A stretch of DNA of 64,000 nucleotides from Octopus vulgaris. Its lineage: Eukaryota. The stretch covers positions 22,010,001 through 22,074,000 of the forward strand of contig OX597814.1 of the NCBI GenBank assembly GCA_951406725.2. The letters are read 5' to 3'. This document shows, piece by piece, positions 39,586 through 51,659 of this stretch. The position numbers were made by a program, and so were the translations under genes. Positions within the stretch are counted from its first letter, which is position 1; every line of letters begins with the position of its first letter. A model generated the notes under the pieces. That model was not told the origin of the DNA. It saw only the letters and a program-made list of their open reading frames with translations, and did not search any database.

Positions 39586-40140
39586 TTGGTGGCTGCCCCC
39601 TCGTTATCGAGTATGGCCATTGCACGAAGCTTAATCAATGTTGTTATCGTGCAATGCCTGTGCAAGAAGACTTTTTTTAAAGTGAGGAAAGGCTGTGCAC
39701 TGAGTCAATCCCACTCACTAAGCAGCAGCAGCCATAACCCGAAAAGAAGAACAAGTCAACATCATCGGTAACCACCGAGCCGCAGGTTTTATGTTGGAGT
39801 TATCCCAGTTACCTGAGTTACCTTCTCCTAGAAGGATGCCCTAACAAAGGCTAGGAGTCCTTCACTCCCAATGGTTTAACTGCGCGATCGGGTATTCAGT
39901 CCGATTATTTCTATGTCCCCGCGCATGATACAGTCTTAAGACATTTATTGGATGGCTGTTGACTCTCAAGAGTTCCTCCGCCCTTTGACGGGTTTTGTTT
40001 TTCATCCCGCAGGGTGTCCCAATAAACACCCTCCTCACCAAGCAAGCTTGGTGGAGTTGCCGGTTTAGTCGCCGACGACCCGACCATGCAACAGGTTGTA
40101 CTGGCTTACATGTTACCAGTAGCACTCGAAAGTGACCTGA
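39586..40140 (-). mobile_element. Non-autonomous RTE-derived element (5' UTR-like part plus 3' tail) in (ATAC)n
   Basis: The minus strand has agggcatccttctaggagaaggtaactc (RTE 5'-UTR-like motif) and ends ...ccatactcgataacgagggggcagccacc (RTE-like tail). No ORF. Confidence 0.55.
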
Positions 40141-41149
40141 CATAAACATACATACATACGAATATATGTACGTACATACATACATACATACATACATACA
40201 TACATACATACATACATACATACATACATACATACATACATACATACATACATACATACATACGAATGTACGTATATACGTACATGTGTATTGAGCTTAA
40301 TCATGAATTTGATTGACAAAATCTGAGCATGTATATTGTTTTTCCTTTCATAAATGAAGTAGAGACTACGGTTTTGGTCTGTAGATATACAGTCTCTGCG
40401 TTAAATTCACCTTCGTAACACTAGATATTTGGCGAGCAAGATAAGACCGGTAGATTGCGTTTGGAGTTCTCAAGTTTCTTTTGATCCGTCACCTCTTACA
40501 TATTTTTGTTTTGCAATAACACGGTGACTGTGAGTAAGACCATATTTGCATAAAAATGCATTGATTTGTGCTTGCTCTTTTTCTCTTGACTCTCACTGAA
40601 TTTGCCCAGAGATAATCTCAACAGGTACCACTCTCTAGCGAGTATGATTTGATAGCATGTACCATACTTTCGCTAATAGTTTTAGGCACTTGTGCTGCCT
40701 CGTGCTGACCCCGATACTCTTTCGATCCTACCACTCTAACTCAGAAGGACAGCCACAATATCACAGCAGGAGAGACAAGATTGCACCAGCACTAGGCCGA
40801 TACTCATAAGGTCCGAACAGCATGAAATGAAGTATCTTGCTCAAGGACATAACGCGCCGCTCGGTCTAGGAATTGAATCCATGGCCTTACGATCCTATAC
40901 TCAGCACCATAACCACTAAGCCACTTTCAGAAATAATCCCATTATTTATGCACATGAAATACTTAGGAGATTAATCATTGAGTGTATAGCGTCTACGTAT
41001 TCGATAGAAAAAAGTATAACTGCAAAATTCTATTAAAACTCACAATCAACCCAAGCCCTCCAACTGCCCTGCAGCAGTTTAGGTAAAACCAAGACTTTCA
41101 ACGCTTAGCAGAAACCAATCAATCTTACAAACTACAATTTTGTTACACC

Positions 41150-42240
41150 ATCATTTTGGACATGAAGGATATTTCTATGCATCACACATTCCTCAAGTAT
41201 CCCAACTTTCCAAAATGCAGCCAGTCCATCTCTTCCTTCTCTTTCGTTCAATCCTCATCTCTTCGACTTCTCAACCATGATCGTTCTATGAGCAGTGCTC
41301 CAACGGAAAAAAAAAAACGTCTATATTCAACGTCCGCCTTGCGTCCGATCTCACAATACACGTAATTGGCAAATCTTTGCAAAATTTATTCCTTCATCTC
41401 GTACACTCACACACTCATTCACACGCATATTCACGAGCACCTCTGGTTATTTCAAACAAACAAGCACATAGGCCCGAACAATGTCCTTTGAATTACCTTA
41501 AAAAACTGAACTCATTAAACACTTCACTCTCTTTCTCTCTTCAGGAATATATCCCAAATTATAGAAATACACCACAGTGTATGTCACACCCAAGAAAGTA
41601 TTCCTATGCTCCTCTTTGCTATTTTCCAAACACACTTGCTTTGCTTCCATCATTTCAAAACTAATGGTGACAGTCATTAACAACCTACGGTACTGTATCA
41701 GGTACGTGAAATCCTTGTTAGGACTACCTGCCAGTGAGTACTCTCTACCTTTCGCTTTTTTTTTTCTTCCTGTCTTATCGTGCTTTCGTGACACGTGCTA
41801 GCAGAGCTTTCTCTGATTCATAGGTTATCATCACATGGTGGTTCCGGAAGTTTTGCTCCAGTGATTTTTGTTCTCTTTCCCAATAGACTCTTCCGTTTCC
41901 TCCAATAACGTCTACACTTGCACAGATTATGCCAACCTTCATTTCTTCCTAACCTTTCGCGTTCAGTATTATTCTCACTAATCTGCAACGAATCTCATAA
42001 GCAATTACTGCGAAGACATCAACAAGTGGAGTCATGACAGTCTTGTCAGCTTCCACAGCAAAAGTAAATAATTACTGCACTTATCACGGAAACATCGCAT
42101 CTAACCACCACTACACTAAACATGAACAGCATGCAGTTATAACCATCCCGATCATTTCAATTACTAGACCTCACTAACATTGCTGATCTCTTCTGGCGAA
42201 CACATACTGCTTCTAAGACAACACTGTCCAGTGTGTCTTT
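41150..42240 (+). mobile_element. Very old Jockey/CR1-group LINE remnant
   Basis: Faint RT motifs (G(V)PE..VL.P..F.LF at ~41840, YA..L.F at ~41930). Highly degraded. Confidence 0.4.
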
Positions 42241-43343
42241 CCTTATTTGAGATATTCGTGTCTGGTTTGGGGAAAATTTGGCTGATATTTCTAACAATCG
42301 TATAAACGCATAATGTTTTGTGCTTTAGATTGAGAAATTTTCGTTGTTGATTAACCCCCAAAACCAACCCTAATAGAGTAGAGATATGATGAAACACACT
42401 TCGACTATGAATATCTTGTCCTGTTTTCAGTCATCGAATATTCTAGTTCACAATATGTAAACATGTATTTTCTTTTTTCAAGATTAGAGTGTCAAAAATA
42501 AAGGGAGATTTTACAACTAATACTAGCTATTCGAGTGACCACATAAAAGCATAAAAGCTCTTGTTGATCCTTTTACTGTTACTATCGTTGTTGCTGGGAG
42601 GGGCAGGTTAGCCCCAGCTCAAGTCTGAGGAAAAAGTCTATGATCAAAGACATTCCAACCATAACCATCTTATTCTTTTTTTCTTGTATGCAAATAATTT
42701 ATGACTGCATTATCCAGTGTACTCTTGACTGAGAAGCAATGTGTGGTCTAAGGCTGATTTGGCTACTATATCTAGCATATCGAGTAACAAAGTAGGGATT
42801 TCTTGGTTGTTGTTTATATCGATGGTAATGTTTTTGTTTTTTCTAGACCCCGCAGGATGAGACTTGAAGGAGATTAGACTCTCCTTGCTAACAGTTCGAA
42901 CGAACGTGTAGAAGGCTCCCTTGTGACTCTGTTGTCGCTGTCGGTGGTGGTGCTATTTAGTCGCAGTCAGTTCCGATGTTGCCAGTCTAGAAGTAAAAAC
43001 TCGTTACAATGGTCCTGGATGGACCGTCCTAACGAGTGAATTATATGTCCTTCCCAACAGAAGTATTTATTTTATTGATATCATTTAATATACATCACGA
43101 ATTCAAGAACAACAGGATCTGACTGCCTACTCAACACATAGCCTATCTTTGAGGTGTAAAATATCTCCGGTTTTTGCATAAAAATGCGAAAGCAAATTTT
43201 TATGACTAATTGTAATTCCAAGAAAATTCACGTTTCTCTATTCTGAGAAACTGAAAGGTTTGTATTCAAATATATTTAGTTGTGATTAAATAATAAACCT
43301 ACCGTGTTTTATTAAACAGTCTCCTGTTGACGCAGAGTCACCC

Positions 43344-44624
43344 TTGATTTCTTCCCTGGAGACGTCCAAACCGAAGGGAACAAAATCGAAGCGGCCAAAG
43401 AAGGCGAAGGAACCGGCGGTAGTTTCTGCACATGATCGTTCCTGTGCGGATTCTTCCCCATCTGCCTTTTCGGTCCTGGAGGTTCCCCAACCGAATTTGA
43501 GGAGCGTAGACTCAAACCCACCTGAAGACCGTTGTTCTCCCCAAAAGAAGAAACGTCGTCAAAACTCCAGTGGGGCGGATTTAGCTATGAAACATGACCA
43601 CGATAAACGGTCTCCTGTTGACGCAGAGTCACCCTTGATTTCTTCCCTGGAGACGTCCAGACCGAAGGGAACAAAATCGAAGCGGCCAAAGAAGGCGAAG
43701 GAACCGGCGGTCGGTTCTGCACATGATCGTTCCTGTGCGGATTCTTCCTCATCTGCCTTTTCGGTCCCGGAGGTTCCCCAACCTAATTTGAGGAGCGTAG
43801 ACTCAAACCCACCTGAAGACCGTTGTTCTCCCCAAAAGAAGAAACGTAGTCAAAACTCCAGAGGGGCAGATTTGGCTATGAAACCTGATCACGATAAAAT
43901 CCGTTTGGATTCTCCCTCACCTGTCCTTCCCATTAATGCCATTGCTCAACCAATTCTGAACGATCTCGATGTGAGTTCATCTGGGGAGTGGCGCTCCCCC
44001 AAACCGAAGAAGAGGCAGTGCAGTTCCAAACCAGGCGGGAAAATTATGACCACTACACCCATTCCGATCGACCCCACAGGTCGACATAAGTCCGATGGCT
44101 ATGAAACCACCCTTTCGAAATCCTCCAATGAAGAATCGAATACCACAGCTCATAGTAGAGAACATTTTGCCCACTCAAGATCAGCAATAATTTACGGTAA
44201 AGCTGAATCCACCCGTGATACAGGCATAAACCGCCTAAAAGATGACATTAATTTTGTTTCCATTTTGGTTGGAGAATTGTTCTCCGTGAACGAAAAGGTC
44301 AGTGTCCTTAAGGTCGCTCGGCTAGGAAGATTCCAAGCGAACCCAACCGCAGATACTAGACCACGCCCAATAAGGGTAATCTTTTCTTCTGATCGGGAGG
44401 CTTCAGTCTTTCTGAACAGAGCTCAGACGCATGCCTGGGAGGACCCCAATATGGGTTTTCGCGAGGAATACTCACTAAGAGAGAGAATTCGCCGGAGAAA
44501 CCTGATATCCGAACTAAAGATGAGGAAACAAATGGGAGAGAAGGGTTTACGAATCCAAGATGGACAGATAATCAAGTCCTATCTCTGGTCCCATGCTGTA
44601 GTGCTGACAGGGAAAGTGATGTGA
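43344..44624 (+). CDS. LINE ORF1 (5'-truncated) with a 97-aa tandem repeat
   Basis: 426 aa open. The C-terminal RSAIIYG.AES...RLGRF...RPRPIRV.F resembles CR1/L2-type ORF1. A 291-bp duplication lies at 43319 and 43610. Confidence 0.8.
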   Translation: MISSLETSKPKGTKSKRPKKAKEPAVVSAHDRSCADSSPSAFSVLEVPQPNLRSVDSNPPEDRCSPQKKKRRQNSSGADLAMKHDHDKRSPVDAESPLISSLETSRPKGTKSKRPKKAKEPAVGSAHDRSCADSSSSAFSVPEVPQPNLRSVDSNPPEDRCSPQKKKRSQNSRGADLAMKPDHDKIRLDSPSPVLPINAIAQPILNDLDVSSSGEWRSPKPKKRQCSSKPGGKIMTTTPIPIDPTGRHKSDGYETTLSKSSNEESNTTAHSREHFAHSRSAIIYGKAESTRDTGINRLKDDINFVSILVGELFSVNEKVSVLKVARLGRFQANPTADTRPRPIRVIFSSDREASVFLNRAQTHAWEDPNMGFREEYSLRERIRRRNLISELKMRKQMGEKGLRIQDGQIIKSYLWSHAVVLTGKVM

Positions 44625-47498
44625 GGGCAAATCGAAGTGAAGTTGATACCCCCGTCAACGATGCTATCTCTGATACCCCTTATTCTGCTTGCTCCCAAAC
44701 TCCCACCCCTCAGACTTCACAGCTCAGCATCGTCTACACCAACTCGTGCTCCTTATTCCCAAAGTTCAGTGAGCTATTTACACTGGCCATACGTGACTCC
44801 CCTGATGTGATAGCTATCACCGAGACTTGGCTGACTCCAGCAGTAAAGGACTCAGAAATCCACCTGCAGGGCTACGTCCTTTTCAGATGTGACAGAGGAA
44901 AAAGGCGAGGTGGAGGTGTTGCTGTGTATGTTAAGTCTGAGCACAAACCGTCCAGCGGTATTCTACCCACTAATGCTCAGCCTACAACAAAATTCGATGC
45001 CGTCTATTGCAAGCTGAGCCTATCTGAGTTTTGCCTGCCCGTGTTGGCTGTCTACAGGCCGCCTCTTGCCGACCCCCAGGACGATGCTCATTTACTCGAA
45101 GCGATAAGATTCGTTTCAGCTTCGCATGACTGTTTGGTACTAGGAGACTTCAACGCTCCCACGATCGATTGGCCCGCATCAATTTGTACAACATCTTCCC
45201 GGTTCGGCCAGGCCCTTCTTGACGTGGCTGAAGATTGTTTTCTATCGCAACATGTTGAATATCCGACAAGGCATCGGTCTGGGCAGCAGCCATCTATGCT
45301 AGATCTGGTATTCTCCCGCTATCCAAGATCAGTGTCAGACGTATCTGTGTGCGCCCCTCTTGCCAAGAGTGATCATGCGGTCCTGAAGTTCGTCATGCAC
45401 ACAACTTTTTCTACGCCCACGACTACTTCGCTGCCACGTAGAGTCTTCTCTGCAATTAATCTTGAAATTCTAACCGAGGCTTCCGCGCTTCTGGACTGGC
45501 GATCCCTGATGACGTTGTCCTCAGTTGACGAACTATGGTCATCCCTCAAAGCATATGTAATCTGTTTGACTGACCAGGCAGTTCCCGTTGGGCTCCCCAA
45601 GAAGAAGAAACACAAGCCCTGGGTGACGAAGAGGGTTAAACGAGAACGTCGACTCAGAGATATTGCTTGGGCTGAATTCAAAAATCTGGATTCGACTGCA
45701 GCTTTTGAGGTGTACAAAACTCAACGAGACCGAGCCGTGAAAATTGAAAAGAAAGAACGCTTCAGTTACGAATACAAAATCGCGGCAAATGCCAGTAGCA
45801 ATCCAAAAAGCTTCTTTGCCCATGTCCAGCGGAATTCCCGCTTGAACAACCAGATTGCAACGTTGGTAGACTCAACAGGCGTATCGATTGAGGACCCTTA
45901 TCAACAGAGTCAATTATTTGCCGAGGCTTTTTCAACTATTTTCAAACAAGATGATGGTCGTGAACCCCCTCCATTTGATAGATCGGTACCTCCAATGCTT
46001 CGATTGGTCATCACGCGGGACGAAGTCAAACGTGTTATTCAAGGCCTCGATGTCAACAAAGGTCACGGCCCTGACGGCATACACCCACAGGTTATCAAAG
46101 CGTTGGCTCCGGTCATCTGCGAGCCCTTAACACGACTATTCAATATGTCATTGGCGACGGGTGTTATACCTGCAGACTGGAGAACAGCGATAATCTGCCC
46201 AATTTTCAAGAAAGGGAGCCGCGAAGACCCGCTTAACTACCGACCGGTTTCCCTTACATCAATTATCAGCAAGATGTTCGAAACCATCCTTAAGAAAAGT
46301 ATGATGCTCCACCTCCTAAACACAGCCTCTATCTCTGATTCCCAACACGGCTTCGTGCCGAAGAGATCATGCTTGACCAACCTACTAGTAATGGAAGAAT
46401 TGGTGACGCGCATCCTCGATGATAGTGATGCTGTTGACATCGTTTTACTGGACTTTGCCAAAGCTTTTGACTCGCCTATTGCTTGTCAAGCTTCAAGCAT
46501 ATAGTTTCCATCCGGATGTTGTACGATGGGTTGGTGCCTTCCTCTCAGATCGCTCCTTCCAAGTCCAAGTTAATGGTTCGCGGTCCGACGTCTCCAGTGC
46601 GAGCAGTGGCGTGCCTCAAGGTTCAGTGCTTGGGCCCTTGTTGTTCTTAGTCTTCATAAATGACTTGCCCGACGACCTCACGCAACACACCCTTCTATTT
46701 GCCAACGATATCAAACTGGTCGCTCCTCGCGGTAATATAGAGGATCTTCGTCGATGCCTCCACCAAATTTGGAAGTGGTCTAACAATTGGGACCTGTGTC
46801 TGAACGTGTCAAAGTGCTGTCATCTGCCTGTCGGCTCTACTCCTGCAACTCAACTTGATTTCGAGCCGGGTCGTCTGCTGCTGGAGAGGACCGATCAGGT
46901 AAAGGACCTAGGTATCTTGGTGGATTCCTCCTTTTCGCCTTCGGCCCAGTGCGTCCATGCTGCCAACAAAGCACGCGGAATTCTGTTCTTGATTCGACGG
47001 TCATTCGGAATGCTCACAGCAGCCATATTCCTACCACTCTATGTCACGCTGGTGAGACCCATATTGGAGTATGGGATTCAAGCCTCTTCTCCTTATCTCC
47101 TCAAAGACATACAGCATCTCGAAAGAGTCCAGAAGCTGGCTACCCGCATGGTTCATGGTCTCAAAAATTTGTCCTACGAAGAAAGGCTGAGGACGCTCGA
47201 CCTTTATTCTCTTGAAAAACGCCGCCGCCGTGGTGATCTCATTCTCGCCCACAACATCATAAGCGGAAAGTGTAACCTCTCGAAAGAGCTGTTCTTCACC
47301 CCTGCTCCAGAGCGTCGGCTGCGGGGTCATTCCGAAAAGCTCTACCTGCGACGATTTCATCTCAATCGAAGGAGAGGAGCTTTCTCCGTCCGGGTTGCGG
47401 ATCCGTGGAACAAGCTGCCAGACGAGATGGTGAAGATGCCGACGACCGCTTTGTTCAAAGCCTCCCTTGACCTCAAGTGGCCTGAACTCTTTACATGA
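44621..47498 (+). pseudogene. LINE ORF2 (APE endonuclease + reverse transcriptase) with one frameshift at ~46470
   Basis: ITETWL, YRPP, GDFN, LDL, SDH, GPDGIHP, NYRPVSLTS, QHGF, LDFAKAFDS, then in the other frame GVPQGSVLGPLLF, FANDIKL and KDLG. Confidence 0.95.
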
Positions 47499-47562
47499 AC
47501 ACCACCCTGTACTTAACTCCATGTCCCCCTACATGGCCTTGCTATTTGCTTTTGAGCCAAAT

Positions 47563-47594
<32 letters not shown>

Positions 47595-47664
47595 ATTACC
47601 TAAAAGGTCTAAACAATTTGACAGTTAAGAATTACAGTATTACTAGCTGAGATGCCCGGTAATA

Positions 47665-48033
47665 GGATCTTTTCTTTTTGAAAGCCAGATTTTCCTAGTT
47701 AACTAAACAATTTGAAACTTCGTATACTGGTAGAATGTGTCAAAAGAAAACATAATTGTAAACCAAAATGAAAACGGAATTGTAATCTCTAAGTTTAACG
47801 TTGTTTAAAAATTCGATTTTTAACCAATGATATTCTTTCTTTCGGCCTCATATTATTTACTGCTTCTCAAAGTATTGTTACTGTGACGTAAACAGCTATT
47901 TTTTGACGTAGTTAACGTAAACATGTAAATAGCTAACTAAAATGTAAACATCTCCGCTTATCATAAACTTCGTAGAGTATATATAAAATTTGTGTAGATC
48001 CTAAATAGCTACACACACATGTATACAAACATA

Positions 48034-48068
<35 letters not shown>

Positions 48069-48502
48069 CTATACACACATATTCTAATGCATATGCATAT
48101 ATGTGTATATATTTATAATGTGTATGTATTATAGATGCATACATTATATATATATAAAAGATGTTTACATACAATATATATATGTTATATACATCTACAT
48201 GTATATGTATGTATGAATATATAAGTACCACAGAATTTGAATCAAACTGTTTTGATCCATACATACACACACACACACACCAACACTACCATCCATGAGA
48301 CATCCTAACATAATCAATGCTACTACTACTATCATCATCATTATCATCATCATCCATTTTAAACTTATAAAATACATTTTTGTCAAAAAAACTAGTTGAA
48401 ATTATTGTTTTCTTTTGACACATTCTACCAGTATACGAAGTTTCAAATTATTTAGTTAACTAGAAAAATCTGAAAAATCTGGCGTTCAAAAAGAAAAGAT
48501 CC
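47665..48502. mobile_element. Non-autonomous long-TIR DNA transposon (MITE), Merlin/MULE-like
   Basis: TIRs of ~95 bp begin GGATCTTTTC. 8-bp TSD cggtaata at 47657-47664 and 48503-48510. No ORF. Confidence 0.85.
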
Positions 48503-48761
48503 CGGTAATATCCTAGAGCGGGGATATTCCCAGTACCCATTACAATGTCTAATTTTTCTCAGACAAAAATTAAATCAAGACATAGGACAGATAATAGAAG
48601 ACGAAGCAAATTCATTCACGAAACAATAATACAAATAAATATGTGTGAAACCGAAAAATGACAAGCGTTTAGTCAGATGAGCGGAAAGCTGCAAATATAT
48701 AGTCAATGGAAGCATCAAGAAAGGAATTGTAAATGAGTATTATAAAAAAAAAATGAACATA

Positions 48762-49181
48762 GGCGCAGGAGTGGCTGTGTGGTAAGTAGCTTGCTAACCA
48801 ACCACTTGGTTCCGGGTTCAGTCCCACTGCGTGGCATCTTGGGCAAGTGTCTTCTGCTATAGCCCCGGGCCGACCAATGCCTTGTGAGTGGATTTGGTAG
48901 GCGGAAACTGAAAGAAGCCTGTCGTATATATGTATATATATATATAAGTGTGTGTGTATATGTTTGTGTGTCTGTGTTTGTCCCCCTAGCATTGCTTGAC
49001 AACCGATGCTGGTGTGTTTACGTCCCCGTTACTTAGCGGTTCGGCAAAAGAGACCGATAGAATAAGTACTGGGCTTACAAAGAATAAGTTCCGGGGTCGT
49101 TTGCTCGACTAAAAGGCGGTGCTCCAGCATGGCCGCAGTCAAATGACTGAAACAAGTAAAAGAGTAAAAGAGTAAAAGAGT
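48762..49181 (+). mobile_element. SINE family C
   Basis: Full-length copy with a (taaaagag)n tail. Confidence 0.9.
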
Positions 49182-49237
49182 ATAAAAGTTTGAAAAGTAA
49201 ACAAAAAATTATTTAGAGAAAAGAGATTTATACTTAC

Positions 49238-49338
49238 AAAAACGGCTGGTGTGCAGAGGTGACAATGTGGCGGTCATAAGAGTCGAAAGATGCTATTAGA
49301 ACGGTAAAGAAGCATACAAAAATAACGATTTTCATCAT
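49238..49338 (-). CDS. First coding exon of a putative small secreted peptide precursor (exon 49238-49361)
   Basis: Acceptor ttttctctcag, then aaaATGATG, MMKIVIFVCFFTVLIASFDSYDRHIVTSAHQPF and a consensus donor gtaagt (phase 2). The N-terminus is signal-peptide-like and the sequence is non-repetitive. Confidence 0.6.
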
Positions 49339-49779
49339 TTTGGGGCAAATTCTCTTGCAATCTGAGAGAAAATTGTAAGTGCACATGCACTTAATTTGAC
49401 GACTGCGTTTCATGGGTATAATTCCACTGATCGCGAGAATCAAACATCGATTGCAACGGTTAGAACCGACAATTTTAAATGCGGCTGTTAAGAAAATACA
49501 TGTTACAGCAACCTAAGAATGCTGAAATAATTGATGACCATTTTAACCCTACAACAATATAGGTCAAATTTCGTTAATCAGTTAATCAAAGATCATCTTA
49601 CGCTTTGCTTGAGTGGCCTAGGTAAAAATTTATTTGATTCACCACATCCTTAGTGCATATTCCATCTGTGTATATAATTTCAAGAAAATCTGTTGAAAGC
49701 ATTAAACGTTATGGCAGAAAATAACATTCGATGCTGATTAAAAATTATCGATAGTTTTGAAATTCTAAGTGCGTAAGTG

Positions 49780-49925
49780 ACTCCATGGGCATAAGCACCA
49801 CACACGTATCAAGTTTCATCAAGATTGGTTGAATAGTCTAGGAGGAGTTAAAGTAACAAATTTACAAACACATGCACACACACAGCCACAAACAGACAGA
49901 AATTGCTATTTATGTATATAGATTG
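49780..49925 (-). mobile_element. Possible non-autonomous Helitron-like terminus (similar stretches at ~60790-60975 and ~62060-62220)
   Basis: aagtttcatcaagattgg...acagacag...tatatagat architecture. Pattern recognition only. Confidence 0.35.
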
Positions 49926-49974
49926 TCATCATCGTCGTCGTCGTTGTTATTATCATTGCTGTTATTACTATGTA

Positions 49975-50803
49975 GTGAAAACTCAGCTTATTTTGCTGGG
50001 TATGATAGAATGTGTCAGTTGTCCACAACCAGCAGACTATGGTAGCACATGTTTACTCGTCATGCTCCAAGAACCCTGCAAAGAATTCTTGCAGTCCCAA
50101 GTACTGCTGATTTTTGTAGGTGTTCTAACTTCACACTTTTTCAGCAATGCTGGAAGTTGAGTGCTGATACTTCCAAGCGCGCCAATTACTATTGATGCCA
50201 CGTCTACTCTCCTAATTGACCACAACCTTTGCATATCCCACTTCAAATCGTCATAGTTGTTTAGTTTTTCTTGATCCTGTTGTAACCGGGGCATGCTACG
50301 TCAATTAACATGCTTGTTCTTACTTTTTTATTCACCACAACAATGTCCGGTTTCCGATGTCTGGTCAGGTGATCGCACTGAATCATTGCATCCCACAGGA
50401 TTTTGCAGTTCTCTTTCTCGGTGACTCCTTCTAGGGTTTTCTCATACCACGTTTTTATTAATTGTAGGACGTGATTTCCGTAGAGCTCCCAATGGATCAT
50501 TCTTTCCACATTGTCATGTCGTATTTTGTATTCATGTTGTGCCAATTTCAGGCATTCGTAACGATGTTTCATACCGCTTCACCCCTCTCACTACACATTC
50601 TGCATTTGTCGTTGTCGGTAGTATTGTCTATTCTGCATTTCACATAGTTGGTCCTTAACGCTTGTTCTTGAGCTGCGCATGAGTGTTTCCGTCTCTATCT
50701 TAAGGTCACTCCTCCTCATCCATAGTCACCGGTCTTCTGCATTTGTCTTGATGTTCACATCTCTTGCAAACTTACCGTACATTTTTTCCTTCCATGGTTT
50801 TTC

Positions 50804-50836
<33 letters not shown>

Positions 50837-51655
50837 CATTTCTTCTTTAAATTTTTTTTTATTACACTATTTTCAGTTTTCATGACGCCGGCCTTCGTGT
50901 GTTTCAACAATGGCTCCACGGCATTTTTTATAAACCACTATAAGCTGTTTCCCTCTGCTTCGATACAGTCCTGGCAACTGATCAAAACTCTCCCATCATT
51001 TCTTCTGGACAAGTACAGCCCATCGGTGTCACTCTTAGGATGGAAGGCTCCGTGTCAACACTTTTCTGGTCTTAGTATTCATTTTCATCACCTATCTTTT
51101 GCCATTTTATAATTCATGCTCCATACCGAAGTGATACCATCGTCTACGTATTAACTTTTGAGCGCAACACCAACCTTAGTCTTCGGAAGTATTCCATCCT
51201 CAGTTGCTCTTCTATTTCCTTCTCCATTATCTCGTTGAGCTCTAGTACACCAAGGTATCTGTAGCCTTCCGTTTCAATTTAATCAAGTCTCTATTTGGTA
51301 ATTCTATTCCTGCTAGGGACTGTACCTTGCCTCTTTTTAGGTAGATTATTCCGCACTTCTGGGCCGTGTTTACCAAAGAACTCACTTGTGTCTCATCTTT
51401 GCTATACAGTTTCATATTATCCATGAAGAGGGGGTGATTGATTGTTTGGGATTTAATTGGTACCGCGGGTTCATTTTCCTAAGTGCCAAGATCAGTTATA
51501 TCATGCAGAGAACAAAATGCAATGGAGATAAGTTATCACCCTGGAAAAGCCCTCTTTTGATATCAAGGGTGTCCAAGCTTTTTCTGTAAGATGTCAGTTC
51601 AGTTTTTCACCCCACCATACTTCTCTTATTATTATTATTCCTCGCAATTCCAAAC
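49975..51655 (-). mobile_element. Degraded R4/Dong-clade LINE
   Basis: FQGDNLSP, MDNMKLY, RHDNV...IHWEL, ILWD..IQCD, KPDIVV, IDVACP and IVIGALG. Confidence 0.85.
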
Positions 51656-51659
51656 AGTC

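Larger units (their letters stand above)
43313..47594 (+). mobile_element. Young, nearly full-length CR1-group LINE (ORF1 + EN/RT ORF2) with (TAAC)n tail
   Basis: Two long ORFs with a single frameshift, visibly GC-richer than the flanks, and a 3' microsatellite tail at 47563-47594. Confidence 0.95.

Noticed and set aside
39089-39634. 181-aa Pro/Thr/His-rich ORF
   Set aside because: A product of C/A-rich low-complexity sequence joined to a SINE and a microsatellite.
40030-40075. Twister ribozyme
   Set aside because: The conserved GGTCCCAAGCCC-type P4/L4 element is absent, so it is kept only as an unspecified structured RNA.
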